DNA of 61,323 nucleotides from NCBI GenBank assembly GCA_046075685.1, contig JBJTQP010000191.1, positions 1 to 61,323 of the forward strand, read 5' to 3'. A model generated the notes under the pieces. It was not told where the DNA came from, did no database searches, and saw only the letters and a list, made by a program, of their open reading frames with translations. Origin of the DNA: Planctomycetaceae bacterium. Lineage in GTDB: Bacteria > Planctomycetota > Planctomycetia > Pirellulales > UBA1268. Of the stretch, positions 33,538-43,395 are shown piece by piece; the first letter of the stretch is position 1, and every line of letters begins with the position of its first letter. A program made the position numbers and the translations under genes.

Positions 33538-35987
33538 TCTCCGCCGGATCGGCGGCCGGCGAACCGCCGACCGCGAATGACACCACCCGCGACCACCACT
33601 CCACCCCAGAGCAGCAGCGGCGATGCTGAAGGCTCAGGCACGGCGGCGATTCCGCCGGCCTGGTTCGGCGGCGGGTTGTAGGCCCCGGCGTCGAGCAGGC
33701 CCGTGGAGAGGAAGGCCGCGGCGTCGAGCACGTCGACGAAGCCGTCGTACGTGAAGTCTCCCTCATTCCAGCTCGCCGGCAGGCCGGAGTCGAGCTTGCC
33801 GCTGGAAAGAAAGTTCGCCGAGTCGAGGATGTCGACCTGCCAGTCGAGATTGGTGTCGCCGGCCGCCGCGAAGGCAAATGTCACCGAGCCGTCACCGTTG
33901 TCGAGCCAGCCCACCGTCCGTGCGCCGCCGCTGGCCGCGGCCACGCTCGACGTGATGCCGCTGCCGCCGTTCCACGAGCCATCGCCGAGGCCGGTGAGGA
34001 GGGCCGCCACCATGTCGCCGGCGGACAGCCCGGCCGCCACCGTCACCAAGCCGCTGCCGACGTCGGTCAGGCCGCCGGCGAGCGGCTTCAGCCCGCCGAC
34101 GGTCGTCTGCAGGTACGGGGAGAGCGACACCGTGCCCCCGGACAGCGGCACGACCGTGCTCGATGAGAGGGCGGCGGCGTTCGCTACCACCAGCCCGCCG
34201 GCCTGCAGGGTCGTCGAGCCCGTGAGGGTGTTCGCCTGGTCCACAACCAACGTGCCGGAACCGGTCTTCACGATCGGGTAGCTGCCGCCAAGCACCGGCC
34301 AGCCGGCCTGCGCCTGCGTCTGCGTGCCGCTGGCGACGTCGATCATGATCCGCGGCGGCGCGGCGGTCGATGTGAACACGAGTGCCAGCATCGTGTCGAG
34401 CTGGGCGACGCTGAACGAACCGCCGGCGAGATCGTTCGCGAACCCGCCCGTGCCGTTGGTGGCCGAGGTGTTGATCACGAACTTATTGGCCGCAAAACCG
34501 GAGATGCCACCGCCGGCGAACGCGATCGGCCAGATGAAACTCTGCTGGCTGGCGTCGAAGTTGGACGCCGTGCCGCTGACATCGGGATTTGTTCCCGACA
34601 GCGTCCAGAGGTTGAGGCGCACCGGGGTCGCGCTCGTGGCGGCGATCGCCAGAGTGCCGCTGGCGCTGAGGAAATCCCACGTATTGGCTGCTCCTGCCAC
34701 GCCCGACCCCGACAGCATCTGCCAGTTGTAGTTGCTGCCGCCGCTCCACGTCATCCCGCCGACCGAGAGCGTGCCGGGCCCGCTGCCGGGCGCGAGCGTC
34801 GCGGCGGCGGCGATGGTGGTCGGGTTCGAGATCGTGCCCGTTCCCTGCAGCGTGGCGCCGGCCAGCACGGCCACCGCGGCCGAGTTCGTCAGCCGGCCGT
34901 CGATCGCCAGTGTGCCGGACTGCACGATCGTGCTGCCCGAGTGAGCCAGCGTGCCACCGATCCCGGAGAACCGCAGGGCTCCACCGCCAGACTTGGTGAG
35001 CCCGCCGCTCCCGCTCGTGGACTGGTGCCACGTGACAGACCCACCGTCCGCGACGGACACAATGCTGGTCCGCGGAATCGTGGTCACGAGAGCGCCGCCC
35101 GAACTATTGACGGTGATGCTGCCGGAAAAGCCGGGCAGCGACGAGCCGAGCGTCGTCGTGCCGTCGAGCACGACGCTGACGTTGACCGACCGCCCCGACG
35201 ACCCAGACGACCGCAGGGTGCCGCTTCGGAGCGTGAGGGCGCCCAGCCCGAAGGGCGAGCAGATCTGCGTGGTTCCGCTCAGGGCCCATTGCACCACCCC
35301 GCCCTCCATGGTGAAGCCACCGCTGTAGGTGCTCAACTGCGACTCGTTGCTCGTGCCGGCAAATGACAGCACCCCGTCGCCAACCTTGGTGATGCCGCGT
35401 GCGGTGCCATCCTGCAGGATCATCGTGGCGAGCGAGAGCTGCGTGCTCGCCGCGACGTTGATCACGCCTGACGTCCGCAACTCGAACTGCTGCCCCTGGT
35501 TCGTCTGCGTGAAGGCGACGTCGCTCAGCGTCGTGCTGTTGTCGAGAATGATCCGTCGCGGCTGACCGCCGATGGTCGTATCGACGCCATAGAAGCGGAG
35601 CGTTCCCTTGGCGCCGGCGGAGGTGCCGTTGTTCTGGATCGCGTAGGTGGTCGAGGCGCTGACGAGCGTCTGCGGGAACGTCAACGCACCCACGTTGAGC
35701 ACGTTGGTCGTGCCCGTCAAGCCGCCGAGCGAGGTCGACGAGTAGAGAATCCGGAGCGTCGAGCCGGCGTTTCCCTGGGGATTGATCTGCGGCCACACCG
35801 TCGGACTGCAGGGGATCGAGCCCGAGCTCCAGTTGCCCGCCTGCGTCCAGCTCTGCTGGCTGGTGGTTGTGGCTCCCGTGCCGCCGACGAACGTGACCAC
35901 GTCCTGCGCGGATGCTGAAGAGCATGCGGCCGCCGCCCACAGCAGCCCCAGCATCACCAGCGGCAGCCTGGCAGCATCACCACGCAT
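33534..35987 (-). CDS. Large PEP-CTERM surface protein with beta-strand repeats and dockerin-like loops
   Basis: I chose the ATG at 35987 (MRGDAARLPLVMLGLLWAAAACSSASAQ). It has extensive PATR-like repeats. The dockerin-like region is GDTNLDWQVDILDSANF...GDFTYDGFVDVLDAAAF. The C-terminus is AVPEPSASPLLLWGGVVVAGGVIRGRR. Confidence 0.85.
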   Translation of the reverse strand: MRGDAARLPLVMLGLLWAAAACSSASAQDVVTFVGGTGATTTSQQSWTQAGNWSSGSIPCSPTVWPQINPQGNAGSTLRILYSSTSLGGLTGTTNVLNVGALTFPQTLVSASTTYAIQNNGTSAGAKGTLRFYGVDTTIGGQPRRIILDNSTTLSDVAFTQTNQGQQFELRTSGVINVAASTQLSLATMILQDGTARGITKVGDGVLSFAGTSNESQLSTYSGGFTMEGGVVQWALSGTTQICSPFGLGALTLRSGTLRSSGSSGRSVNVSVVLDGTTTLGSSLPGFSGSITVNSSGGALVTTIPRTSIVSVADGGSVTWHQSTSGSGGLTKSGGGALRFSGIGGTLAHSGSTIVQSGTLAIDGRLTNSAAVAVLAGATLQGTGTISNPTTIAAAATLAPGSGPGTLSVGGMTWSGGSNYNWQMLSGSGVAGAANTWDFLSASGTLAIAATSATPVRLNLWTLSGTNPDVSGTASNFDASQQSFIWPIAFAGGGISGFAANKFVINTSATNGTGGFANDLAGGSFSVAQLDTMLALVFTSTAAPPRIMIDVASGTQTQAQAGWPVLGGSYPIVKTGSGTLVVDQANTLTGSTTLQAGGLVVANAAALSSSTVVPLSGGTVSLSPYLQTTVGGLKPLAGGLTDVGSGLVTVAAGLSAGDMVAALLTGLGDGSWNGGSGITSSVAAASGGARTVGWLDNGDGSVTFAFAAAGDTNLDWQVDILDSANFLSSGKLDSGLPASWNEGDFTYDGFVDVLDAAAFLSTGLLDAGAYNPPPNQAGGIAAVPEPSASPLLLWGGVVVAGGVIRGRRFAGRRSGGE

Positions 35988-36093
35988 GGCATCTTCTCCA
36001 CATCTCGACGTTGGGTGACGCATGCTGCGTCGCCCGCCACAACACCCCTGAGCCGCCACTCGCAGGATTACATACAATATTTCCTCGAGGCAG

Positions 36094-36122
36094 TTTCTAC
36101 CACTCTGGTTTCGAGTTGGCAA
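36094..36122 (-). promoter_or_regulatory. Candidate sigma70-like promoter for the PEP-CTERM cluster (TTGCCA-N17-TAGAAA)
   Basis: On the minus strand, TTGCCA (36122-36117) and TAGAAA (36099-36094) are separated by 17 nt. They lie in an unusually AT-rich patch about 100 nt upstream of the ATG at 35987. This is a pattern match only. Confidence 0.25.
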
Positions 36123-36175
36123 CTGTCCGCCCAAGCACCTCTCTCAGGGGGTGCCGACACGGGCCGCCCGGACAC

Positions 36176-36886
36176 CTACGCGGATGCTGGAAACATGACG
36201 TTCAGCGCCCGGTTCGCGATGGCATCCACGTGCATGGCCATCGCCCGCGAGGCCCGGTCCGGGGCGTTGGCGAGCAGCGCGTCGACAATCTCGAGGTGCT
36301 CGCGAATGCCGTCTTCCTTGCTGTGAGCCCGGTTGCCGATGGCTTCGCTGATCGTCTGCATCAGGAGCGCGGACCGGCCGATCTCCCGCGCCAACCGGGG
36401 GCTCTGGCAGGCGGCCGCGATCGCAGCGTGAAACCGGGCATCCGCCGCCATCACCGCCTCGATCCAGGCGGCGGACTTCACGCGGCGCGACGCGTGCTCC
36501 ACCATTTCCGCACGAAATGCCTCCAGCAGACCGCGGTCGACCCGACCGCAGGCGCAGCGGGCGGCCTCGCTCTCCAGCACGCGCCGCACCTGGTAGATGC
36601 CCCGCAGTTCGGCGGGGCCGAACGCGGCCACGACGGCCCCCCGATTATGACTGATGTCGACCATCCCGATCGCCTCGAGCTCCACAAGGGCCTCTCGAAG
36701 CGGCGTGGCGCTGACGCCCATCTGCTTGGCCAACGCCTGGGCGATCAACCGGGTGCCGGCGGGAAGATGGCCGCGGAAAATCTCGAGCAGCAGGAGCCGC
36801 ACCACTTCGTGCCGCAGGGCACGTCGCGCCTCGACCGCCACGGGCATCACACTCGACCCGCCACCCGACCGTGGTCCAGCTTTCAT
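36176..36886 (-). CDS. GntR-family transcriptional regulator (FadR/FCD-type)
   Basis: The winged-helix segment is LIAQALAKQMGVSATPLREALVELEAIGMVDISHNRGAVV, followed by an all-helical C-terminal domain. An alternative start at Met14 is possible. Confidence 0.85.
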   Translation of the reverse strand: MKAGPRSGGGSSVMPVAVEARRALRHEVVRLLLLEIFRGHLPAGTRLIAQALAKQMGVSATPLREALVELEAIGMVDISHNRGAVVAAFGPAELRGIYQVRRVLESEAARCACGRVDRGLLEAFRAEMVEHASRRVKSAAWIEAVMAADARFHAAIAAACQSPRLAREIGRSALLMQTISEAIGNRAHSKEDGIREHLEIVDALLANAPDRASRAMAMHVDAIANRALNVMFPASA

Positions 36887-37028
36887 CCCCCTAGTCTACG
36901 CAGCGACACCCCGCGGCCGAAGAGGCGGCCTTCCCGCGGAATCGACGCCCGCCACATCTGTCCTTTTTTGACCATCGCCCCTGGGCCGGCAGTCATGAAT
37001 CCCGCCTCAGGCCACCGGATCGGGCGGC

Positions 37029-38435
37029 TCATGATGCCGCGTCTCGCCCGGCGTCTTCCCGCCCACCGGAAACGCACGTGGCCACGACGAGATCCCCGGT
37101 CACGTTCAAGACGGTGCGGCACATGTCGAGGATCCGGTCCACGCCCATGATGATCCCGATCCCCTCGCCGGGAACACCGACCGACCGCATCAGCACCACG
37201 ATCAGCGGCAGGGATCCGCCCGGCACACCCGCCGTGCCGATGCCCGCCAGGATCGACATCAGGACCACCGTGAGCTGCTGCGGCAGCGACAGGTCCACTC
37301 CGAACACCTGGGCCAGGAACAGCACCACCACGCCCTCGTAGAGGGCCGTGCCGTTCTGGTTGCCCGTCGCGCCCACCGTGAGCACAAACCGCGCCTGCTC
37401 CCGGGGCAGCCGCAGATTCTGCTCCGCCACCCGCAGCGCCGTCGGCAGCGTGGCATTGGAAGACGACGTGCCGAAGGCGACCTGCATGGCCTCGGCCACG
37501 CCGGCGAAGAACTCACGGGGGGTGACCCGGCTGAAGAGGATCAGCACCAGCGGGTAGACCACCACCAACTGCAGCAGCAGCCCCGTCATCACGGTGACGG
37601 TGAACCACACGAGCGTGACCAGCACTTCGAATCCGAGCGTGGCCACGATCGAGAACACCAGGCAGCCGGCCCCCAGCGGCGCCAGCGCCATCGCCCAGCC
37701 GATGATCGTCATCGAGACGGAGTTCAATCCCTCCAGCCAGGCGATCACACCGCGGCACTCGTCCGGCTTCGCCGCCAGCGCGGCCCCGAGCAGCAGGGCG
37801 GCAACCATCACGGCGAGCATCCCGTTGCCCTTGGAGCTGCCGTCGACCGCGCCCACCATCTCCTGGAGCGGGTTTTCCGGGACCATGTCGATCACGATGT
37901 CGCGAACCGACTTGGCCCTGCTCGCCTTCTGGGCGACATCCGCGGAGCCCGCCTTGTTCCGCTCCACCAGCGCCTGCCGGGCTTCCGCGGAGAGGGCCTC
38001 GCCGGGACGGATCGCGTTGACCAGCCCAAGGCCGATGAGCACGGCGCTGGCGGACAGGATGCCCGAGAAGAGCAGCGTTCGCACGCCGATGCGGCCGAGT
38101 CTCCGCAGGTCGCCGATCTCCACCACCGCCAGCGCAAGGGCCGACACCACCAGCGGCAGCACCACCACGGCCATCAACCGCAGGAACAGCCTGCCGATCA
38201 CCGTGGTGACGTTTCGGCAGAACCAGTCGAGGCCGTCGTGCACGCCATCGCCGTTGAGGTCCCAGGAGGCCGCGCCATCGAGCGACGCGCCGGGGCGGAG
38301 CAGCACGTTCGCCGCGAGACCCAACACCACCCCGAGCAGCAGCCCGAGCAGGATGCGGCGGGCCGATGCATCGCCCCCGACGGGGGCCCGAGCGTCGACC
38401 GCCCCGGACGTCGGCTCAGGCATCGATGAAACCAT
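37029..38435 (-). CDS. Dicarboxylate/amino acid:cation symporter (DAACS, GltP/GltT-like)
   Basis: It is a 468-aa polytopic protein. Family-typical segments are FGTSSSNATLPT, TVGATGNQNGTALYEG and GIGTAGVPGGSLPLIV. Confidence 0.9.
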   Translation of the reverse strand: MVSSMPEPTSGAVDARAPVGGDASARRILLGLLLGVVLGLAANVLLRPGASLDGAASWDLNGDGVHDGLDWFCRNVTTVIGRLFLRLMAVVVLPLVVSALALAVVEIGDLRRLGRIGVRTLLFSGILSASAVLIGLGLVNAIRPGEALSAEARQALVERNKAGSADVAQKASRAKSVRDIVIDMVPENPLQEMVGAVDGSSKGNGMLAVMVAALLLGAALAAKPDECRGVIAWLEGLNSVSMTIIGWAMALAPLGAGCLVFSIVATLGFEVLVTLVWFTVTVMTGLLLQLVVVYPLVLILFSRVTPREFFAGVAEAMQVAFGTSSSNATLPTALRVAEQNLRLPREQARFVLTVGATGNQNGTALYEGVVVLFLAQVFGVDLSLPQQLTVVLMSILAGIGTAGVPGGSLPLIVVLMRSVGVPGEGIGIIMGVDRILDMCRTVLNVTGDLVVATCVSGGREDAGRDAAS

Positions 38436-38549
38436 GGCGTCCTCGGAACAAAATGCGAATCACCCGGACACAACCTCGACCCGTTGGCAGGATGCCGGGA
38501 GCCGGGGGCCGCGATCGGTCCCGCAGCCACGCCGCCGGATGGACGCTCG

Positions 38550-40376
38550 TCACATGCGGCAGATCAGGAGCTCGCGCTCGTAGACCAGCTCCTTGGGGAG
38601 ATGCGAGTGGAGGTCCAGAAAGATCTCCTCGTGACTGAGCACCTCGGCACGCCACGCCGTGCGATCGAAGGCCTGAAGCTCGTCGAATTTCGACTCGGGA
38701 AAATCGAGGCCCGTCCAGTCGATGTCCTTGTAGCGTGGCAGCCATCCGATGGGCGTCTCCCGCGCCCGGCCTCCCGCGCGGATGCGATCGAAGATCCACT
38801 TCAACACCCGCATGTTCTCGGAGAACCCGGGCCAGATGAACCGTCCGTCGGAATCCTTCCGGAACCAGTTGACGTGGAAGATGCGGGGCGTCTCGCTCAG
38901 ATTCCGCTGCATGTTCATCCAGTGGCGGAAGTAATCGCCCATGTTGTAGCCGCAGAACGGCAGCATCGCCATCGGGTCGCGACGAACCTTGCCGACCGTG
39001 CCCGCGGCGGCTGCGGTCATCTCCGACCCCATGGTGGCCCCGACGTAGACGCCACCCGACCAGTTGAACGCCTGGTAGACCAGCGGCATGGTGGTCGCCC
39101 GGCGGCCCCCGAAGATGAAGGCGCTGATCGGGACGCCGGCCGGATTCTCCCACTCCGGATCGATGGTGGGGCACTGCTTCGCGGGTGCCGTGAACCGGGC
39201 GTTGGGGTGGGCCGCCGTGGCTCCTGTCTCCCGCGCCAGCAGGGGCGTCCAGTCGTTCCCCTGCCAGTCGGTGGCGTGCGGCGGGGGCGTGTCGGTCATC
39301 CCCTCCCACCAGACGCCGCCGTCGTCGGTGAGGGCCACGTTCGTGAAGATGGTGTTCCGCGCCAGCGTCTTCATGGCGTTGGGATTGGTCTTCCTGCTCG
39401 TGCCCGGGGCCACGCCGAAGAATCCGGCCTCGGGATTGATGGCCCGCAGACGGCCCTCGGCGTCGGGCCTGATCCAGGCGATGTCGTCGCCGACGGTCGT
39501 CACCTTCCAGCCCTGCTTCCGGAAATGCGGCGGAGGGATCAGCATCGCGAAGTTGGTCTTCCCGCAGGCGCTGGGGAAGGCGGCGGCCACGTAGGCCTTC
39601 TTGCCCTGCGGATTCTCGATGCCCAGGATCAGCATGTGCTCCGCCATCCAACTCTCGTCACGGGCCATCGCGGAGGCGATCCGCAGGGCGAAGCATTTCT
39701 TGCCGAGCAGCGCATTGCCGCCGTAGCCCGAGCCAAAGCTCCAGATCTCACGGGTCTCGGGAAAATGGACGATGTATTTCTCCCGGTTGCACGGCCAGGG
39801 CACGTCCTTCCGCCCCTTCGCGAGCGGGGCGCCCACGGAGTGCACGCAGGGCACCACCCGCTTGAAGTCGTGGTCGATGAGCTGGAACACGTTCCTGCCG
39901 ATCCGGGCCATGATCCGCATGTTGACGACGGCGTAGGGTGAGTCGGTGAGCTGCACGCCGATCTGCGACATGGGCGAGCCCAGGGGGCCCATGCTGAAGG
40001 GCAGCACGTACATGGTGCGGCCCTTCATGCAGCCCTGGAACATGCCCTTGAGCTGCTTCCGCATCTCGAAGGGATTGACCCAGTTGTTGGTCGGGCCGGC
40101 GGCCTCCCGCGAGAGGGCGCAGATGAAGGTGCGGTCCTCGACTCGGGCCACGTCACTGGCGTCGGAGCGGGCCAGGTAGCAGCCGGGCCACGCCTTCTGA
40201 TTCAGCCTGATGAAGGTGCCGCCGGCGACCATCTGCTCGCAGAGCAGGTCGTTTTCCCGCTGCGAGCCGTCCACCCAGTGGATCGCCTCGGGCTTGCAGA
40301 GGTCCGCGATCTTCATGACCCAGCGGAGCAGGTGCTTGTTGGTGCTCAGCGGAAGGGAGGCGTCGCGGTGCTTCAT
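38550..40376 (-). CDS. pckG: Phosphoenolpyruvate carboxykinase (GTP)
   Basis: It is 608 aa. It has the kinase-1a motif FPSACGKTN, plus [21 protein letters not shown] and WEGMTD, and is collinear with GTP-PEPCK. Confidence 0.95.
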   Translation of the reverse strand: MKHRDASLPLSTNKHLLRWVMKIADLCKPEAIHWVDGSQRENDLLCEQMVAGGTFIRLNQKAWPGCYLARSDASDVARVEDRTFICALSREAAGPTNNWVNPFEMRKQLKGMFQGCMKGRTMYVLPFSMGPLGSPMSQIGVQLTDSPYAVVNMRIMARIGRNVFQLIDHDFKRVVPCVHSVGAPLAKGRKDVPWPCNREKYIVHFPETREIWSFGSGYGGNALLGKKCFALRIASAMARDESWMAEHMLILGIENPQGKKAYVAAAFPSACGKTNFAMLIPPPHFRKQGWKVTTVGDDIAWIRPDAEGRLRAINPEAGFFGVAPGTSRKTNPNAMKTLARNTIFTNVALTDDGGVWWEGMTDTPPPHATDWQGNDWTPLLARETGATAAHPNARFTAPAKQCPTIDPEWENPAGVPISAFIFGGRRATTMPLVYQAFNWSGGVYVGATMGSEMTAAAAGTVGKVRRDPMAMLPFCGYNMGDYFRHWMNMQRNLSETPRIFHVNWFRKDSDGRFIWPGFSENMRVLKWIFDRIRAGGRARETPIGWLPRYKDIDWTGLDFPESKFDELQAFDRTAWRAEVLSHEEIFLDLHSHLPKELVYERELLICRM

Positions 40377-40450
40377 GGAACACTGCCCAGCAGGGAACTC
40401 GCGGGGGAAACAGGCCGTCGCAGCCAGGCCGTCGACGACCAGAGATCCAA

Positions 40451-40478
40451 TATAATATTGTGCTAGGATGACGTCATC
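40451..40478 (+). promoter_or_regulatory. Perfect TATAAT box followed by a perfect 12-bp palindrome GATGACGTCATC, upstream of the dcyD-like gene
   Basis: TATAAT lies at 40451-40456 and the palindrome at 40467-40478. They are 45 and 18 nt upstream of the ATG at 40496, in the pckG/dcyD divergent intergenic region. The AT-rich patch stands out in this GC-rich DNA. Confidence 0.3.
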
Positions 40479-40495
40479 GTCAGGAACGCATTGCC

Positions 40496-41599
40496 ATGGA
40501 TCTCTCCCGCTTTTCCCGCCGCCGCTACACCCCGTTCGTCACGCCGATCGAGCCGCTGCCTCGCTTCTCGGCGGCCCTTGCCGCGACCTGCCCCGACGGA
40601 GAGGGCCCCGAGGTGTGGGTGAAACGCGACGACATGCTGGGGCTGTTTCCGGGGGGCAACAAGACCCGGAAACTCGAGTTTCTCGTGGCGGAGGCGCTGG
40701 CCCGGGGCGCCGACACGCTGATCACCGCCGGGGCTCCACAGTCGAACCACTGCCGGCTCACCCTCGCGGCAGCGGTCAGGGAAGGCCTGAAATGCCGGTT
40801 CGTCATCGAGGAGCGGGTTCCGGGCAGCTACCGCGTCGACGCCAGCGGCAACCAGTTCCTGTTTCGACTCATGGGCGTGGAGGCGGTCACCGTGGTGCCG
40901 GGCGGCAGCTGCCTGCGACGGGCCTTGGAGGACGTGGCCGCGGAACTCGCCGAGGAAGGCCGCGTGGGCTACATCATCCCCACGGGCGGATCGAATGCGG
41001 TCGGCGGCCTCGGCTACGTGGCCTGTGCGCAGGAGATGCAGCAGCAATGGTTCGAGATGGGGCTGCGGTTTGACGCCGTGGTGGTGGGCTCGGGCAGTTC
41101 GGGCACGCACGGCGGGCTGCTCGTGGGCTTCCTGGGGAATGGCATCGACATGCCGCTGCTCGGGGTGGGCGTGAGCCGCGACCCGCCGGATCAGGTGCCC
41201 GTGGTCCGCGCTGAAGCGCAGGCTGTCGCCGATCTCCTCGACCTCGGCATGACGATTCCGGCGGAGGCGGTCCACTGCGTGGGCGGCTATTGGCAGCCGA
41301 AGTATTCGCTGCCCAATGACGGGATGGTGGAGGCGGTGCAGATGCTCGCCCGCACCGAGGGGATCCTGCTGGATCCGATCTACACCGGCAAGGTCATGGC
41401 CGGACTCATCGGCCTGGCCCGCGGCGGCCGCTGGACCGCCGGCCAGAAGGTGCTGTTCATGCACACCGGCGGGCTGCCGTCCCTGCACGCGTACGAGTCG
41501 GTCGTGCTTCGGGAGATTCGCGCGGGTCGCGACCCGGCTGCGGCATCGCTATCCTCGACGCCTCACCCGGGAGCCCCGCAGACATGCTGGTCCGAATAG
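40496..41599 (+). CDS. D-cysteine desulfhydrase / ACC deaminase family PLP enzyme
   Basis: It has the PLP-lysine motif [11 protein letters not shown], plus [11 protein letters not shown] and a C-terminal LFMHTGG. A ~30-aa tail overlaps the ggt start by 16 nt. Confidence 0.85.
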   Translation: MDLSRFSRRRYTPFVTPIEPLPRFSAALAATCPDGEGPEVWVKRDDMLGLFPGGNKTRKLEFLVAEALARGADTLITAGAPQSNHCRLTLAAAVREGLKCRFVIEERVPGSYRVDASGNQFLFRLMGVEAVTVVPGGSCLRRALEDVAAELAEEGRVGYIIPTGGSNAVGGLGYVACAQEMQQQWFEMGLRFDAVVVGSGSSGTHGGLLVGFLGNGIDMPLLGVGVSRDPPDQVPVVRAEAQAVADLLDLGMTIPAEAVHCVGGYWQPKYSLPNDGMVEAVQMLARTEGILLDPIYTGKVMAGLIGLARGGRWTAGQKVLFMHTGGLPSLHAYESVVLREIRAGRDPAAASLSSTPHPGAPQTCWSE

Positions 41600-43317
41600 C
41601 GACGCTCCTCGCCTTCATGATCAGTCCGTGGATTCACCCGTCGTCTCCGGCTGCGGCCGCGGCTGAACCCACGGCCGGTGAGCGGGCGGTCGATTCCCCT
41701 CGGGCTGTCACCGGACTCGCCGCGACGGTCCATCCGCTGGCGACCCACGCCGCCCTCGCGGCCTTCGCCCAGGGCGGCAATGCGGTCGACGCCGCGGTGG
41801 CGGCGGGCCTCACGCTCGGCGTCGTCGACGGCCACAACTCCGGCATCGGCGGCGGCTGTTTCATGCTCATCCGGCTGGCCGACGGCCGCCTGATCTGCCT
41901 CGACGGCCGCGAGACCGCGCCGGCGGCGGCCTCCCGCGACATGTTTCTCCGCGATGGCAAGGCCGTCGACGCCCTGAGCCGCACCGGGCCGCTGGCCAGC
42001 GGCGTGCCCGGAGCCCTGGCCGCGTATGCACAGGCGGTGGAGCGGTTCGGCCGCCTCCCGCTGGCCGCCGCCTTCGATGCCGGCATCCGCCACGCCGCCG
42101 ACGGCTTTCCGCTCGATGCCGCGTACGCCCGCAAGCTCGGCCGATCGGCCGCCGAACTGGCCTTGTTTCCTGACTCGCGCAGCATCTTTCTCCAGCCGGA
42201 CGGCACGGCGTGGCCGGAAGGCCACGTGCTGGTGCAGGCCGATCTGGCCCGCACCTACAGGGCACTCGCCGCCAACGGCCGGGACTGGTTCTACGACGGC
42301 CCCTTCGCCGCGGCGACCGCCGCCTTCATGAAGGAGCGGGGCGGCCTGCTCACGGCGGACGACTTCCACGGCTACCGGGTCGTCGACCGCCGCCCGCTGG
42401 TGTCGCGGTATCGCGACTGGACGATCGTCGGCGTCCCGCCGCCGAGTTCCGGAGGCGTGCACGTGGCCCAGATGCTCAACATCCTGGCGCTGACGCCCCC
42501 CGACGACCTGCAGTCCGGCACGGTCGGCTTCGCGCACCGGGTGATCGAGACCATGAAGCTGGCCTTTGCCGACCGCGCGCACTGGCTCGGCGATCCGGCG
42601 TTTGCGAATGTCCCCGAGGGCCTCGTCGCGACCGATTATGCCCGCGGGCTGGCGGCCCGGATCGATCCGCTTCGCGCCACGCCCGTTCCCCGGCACGGCG
42701 AACCGCCCGACTGGCAGAACAACCATTTCGACAAGCACACCACCCACTTTGCGACGGCCGATGCGGCGGGCAACTGGGTGAGCGTCACCGCCACGATCAA
42801 CACCGCATTCGGGTCGAAGGTCGTGGTGCCCGGCACCGGCGTGCTGCTGAACAACGAAATGGACGACTTTGCCGTGGCGGCGGGCGTGCCCAATCACTTC
42901 GGGCTGGTGGGCGGAGAGGCCAACTGCGTCGCCCCCGGCAAGCGGCCGCTGTCGAGCATGTCGCCCACCATCGTTCTCGACGACGCCGGGAATCCCGTCA
43001 TGAGCATCGGCGCAGCGGGCGGGGCGACGATCATCACGCAGGTGCTCCTCGGCCTGCTCCATTCGCTCGATCACGGCCTGTCGCCCGCGGAGGCGCTGGC
43101 GCAGCCGCGGTTTCACCACCAGTGGAGCCCGGATCGGGTGCGGCTGGAGGCGACGGCGGGCGAGGAGTTCGCCGCCTCGCTGCGGGTGCTCGGGCATGAC
43201 GTGCGGATCGAACCGCCGTTCGGAGCCTGCCAGATCATCCGCCGCAGCCGCGACGGATCGCTCGAGGGCGCGAGCGATCCGCGGGTGCCGGGGCTGGCTG
43301 CCGGCAGCGAGCCGTAG
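41584..43317 (+). CDS. ggt: Gamma-glutamyltransferase
   Basis: It has a signal peptide, GGNAVDAAVAAGLTLGVVDGHNSGIGGGCFML, the autoprocessing/nucleophile region PLSSMSPTIVL, and GAAGGATIITQV. Confidence 0.9.
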   Translation: MLVRIATLLAFMISPWIHPSSPAAAAAEPTAGERAVDSPRAVTGLAATVHPLATHAALAAFAQGGNAVDAAVAAGLTLGVVDGHNSGIGGGCFMLIRLADGRLICLDGRETAPAAASRDMFLRDGKAVDALSRTGPLASGVPGALAAYAQAVERFGRLPLAAAFDAGIRHAADGFPLDAAYARKLGRSAAELALFPDSRSIFLQPDGTAWPEGHVLVQADLARTYRALAANGRDWFYDGPFAAATAAFMKERGGLLTADDFHGYRVVDRRPLVSRYRDWTIVGVPPPSSGGVHVAQMLNILALTPPDDLQSGTVGFAHRVIETMKLAFADRAHWLGDPAFANVPEGLVATDYARGLAARIDPLRATPVPRHGEPPDWQNNHFDKHTTHFATADAAGNWVSVTATINTAFGSKVVVPGTGVLLNNEMDDFAVAAGVPNHFGLVGGEANCVAPGKRPLSSMSPTIVLDDAGNPVMSIGAAGGATIITQVLLGLLHSLDHGLSPAEALAQPRFHHQWSPDRVRLEATAGEEFAASLRVLGHDVRIEPPFGACQIIRRSRDGSLEGASDPRVPGLAAGSEP

Positions 43318-43395
43318 GGCGTTTGTGGCGGCGAATCGCGGGCTTTCGACGAGCCACTCCCCGACGTGGTCGTTTCAACCGGGGAATCCTGTTCG

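Noticed and set aside
38416-39941. ORFs 38416..39651 (-) and 38484..39941 (+) overlapping pckG.
   Set aside because: They are shadow frames. The 608-aa frame matches GTP-PEPCK motifs end to end.
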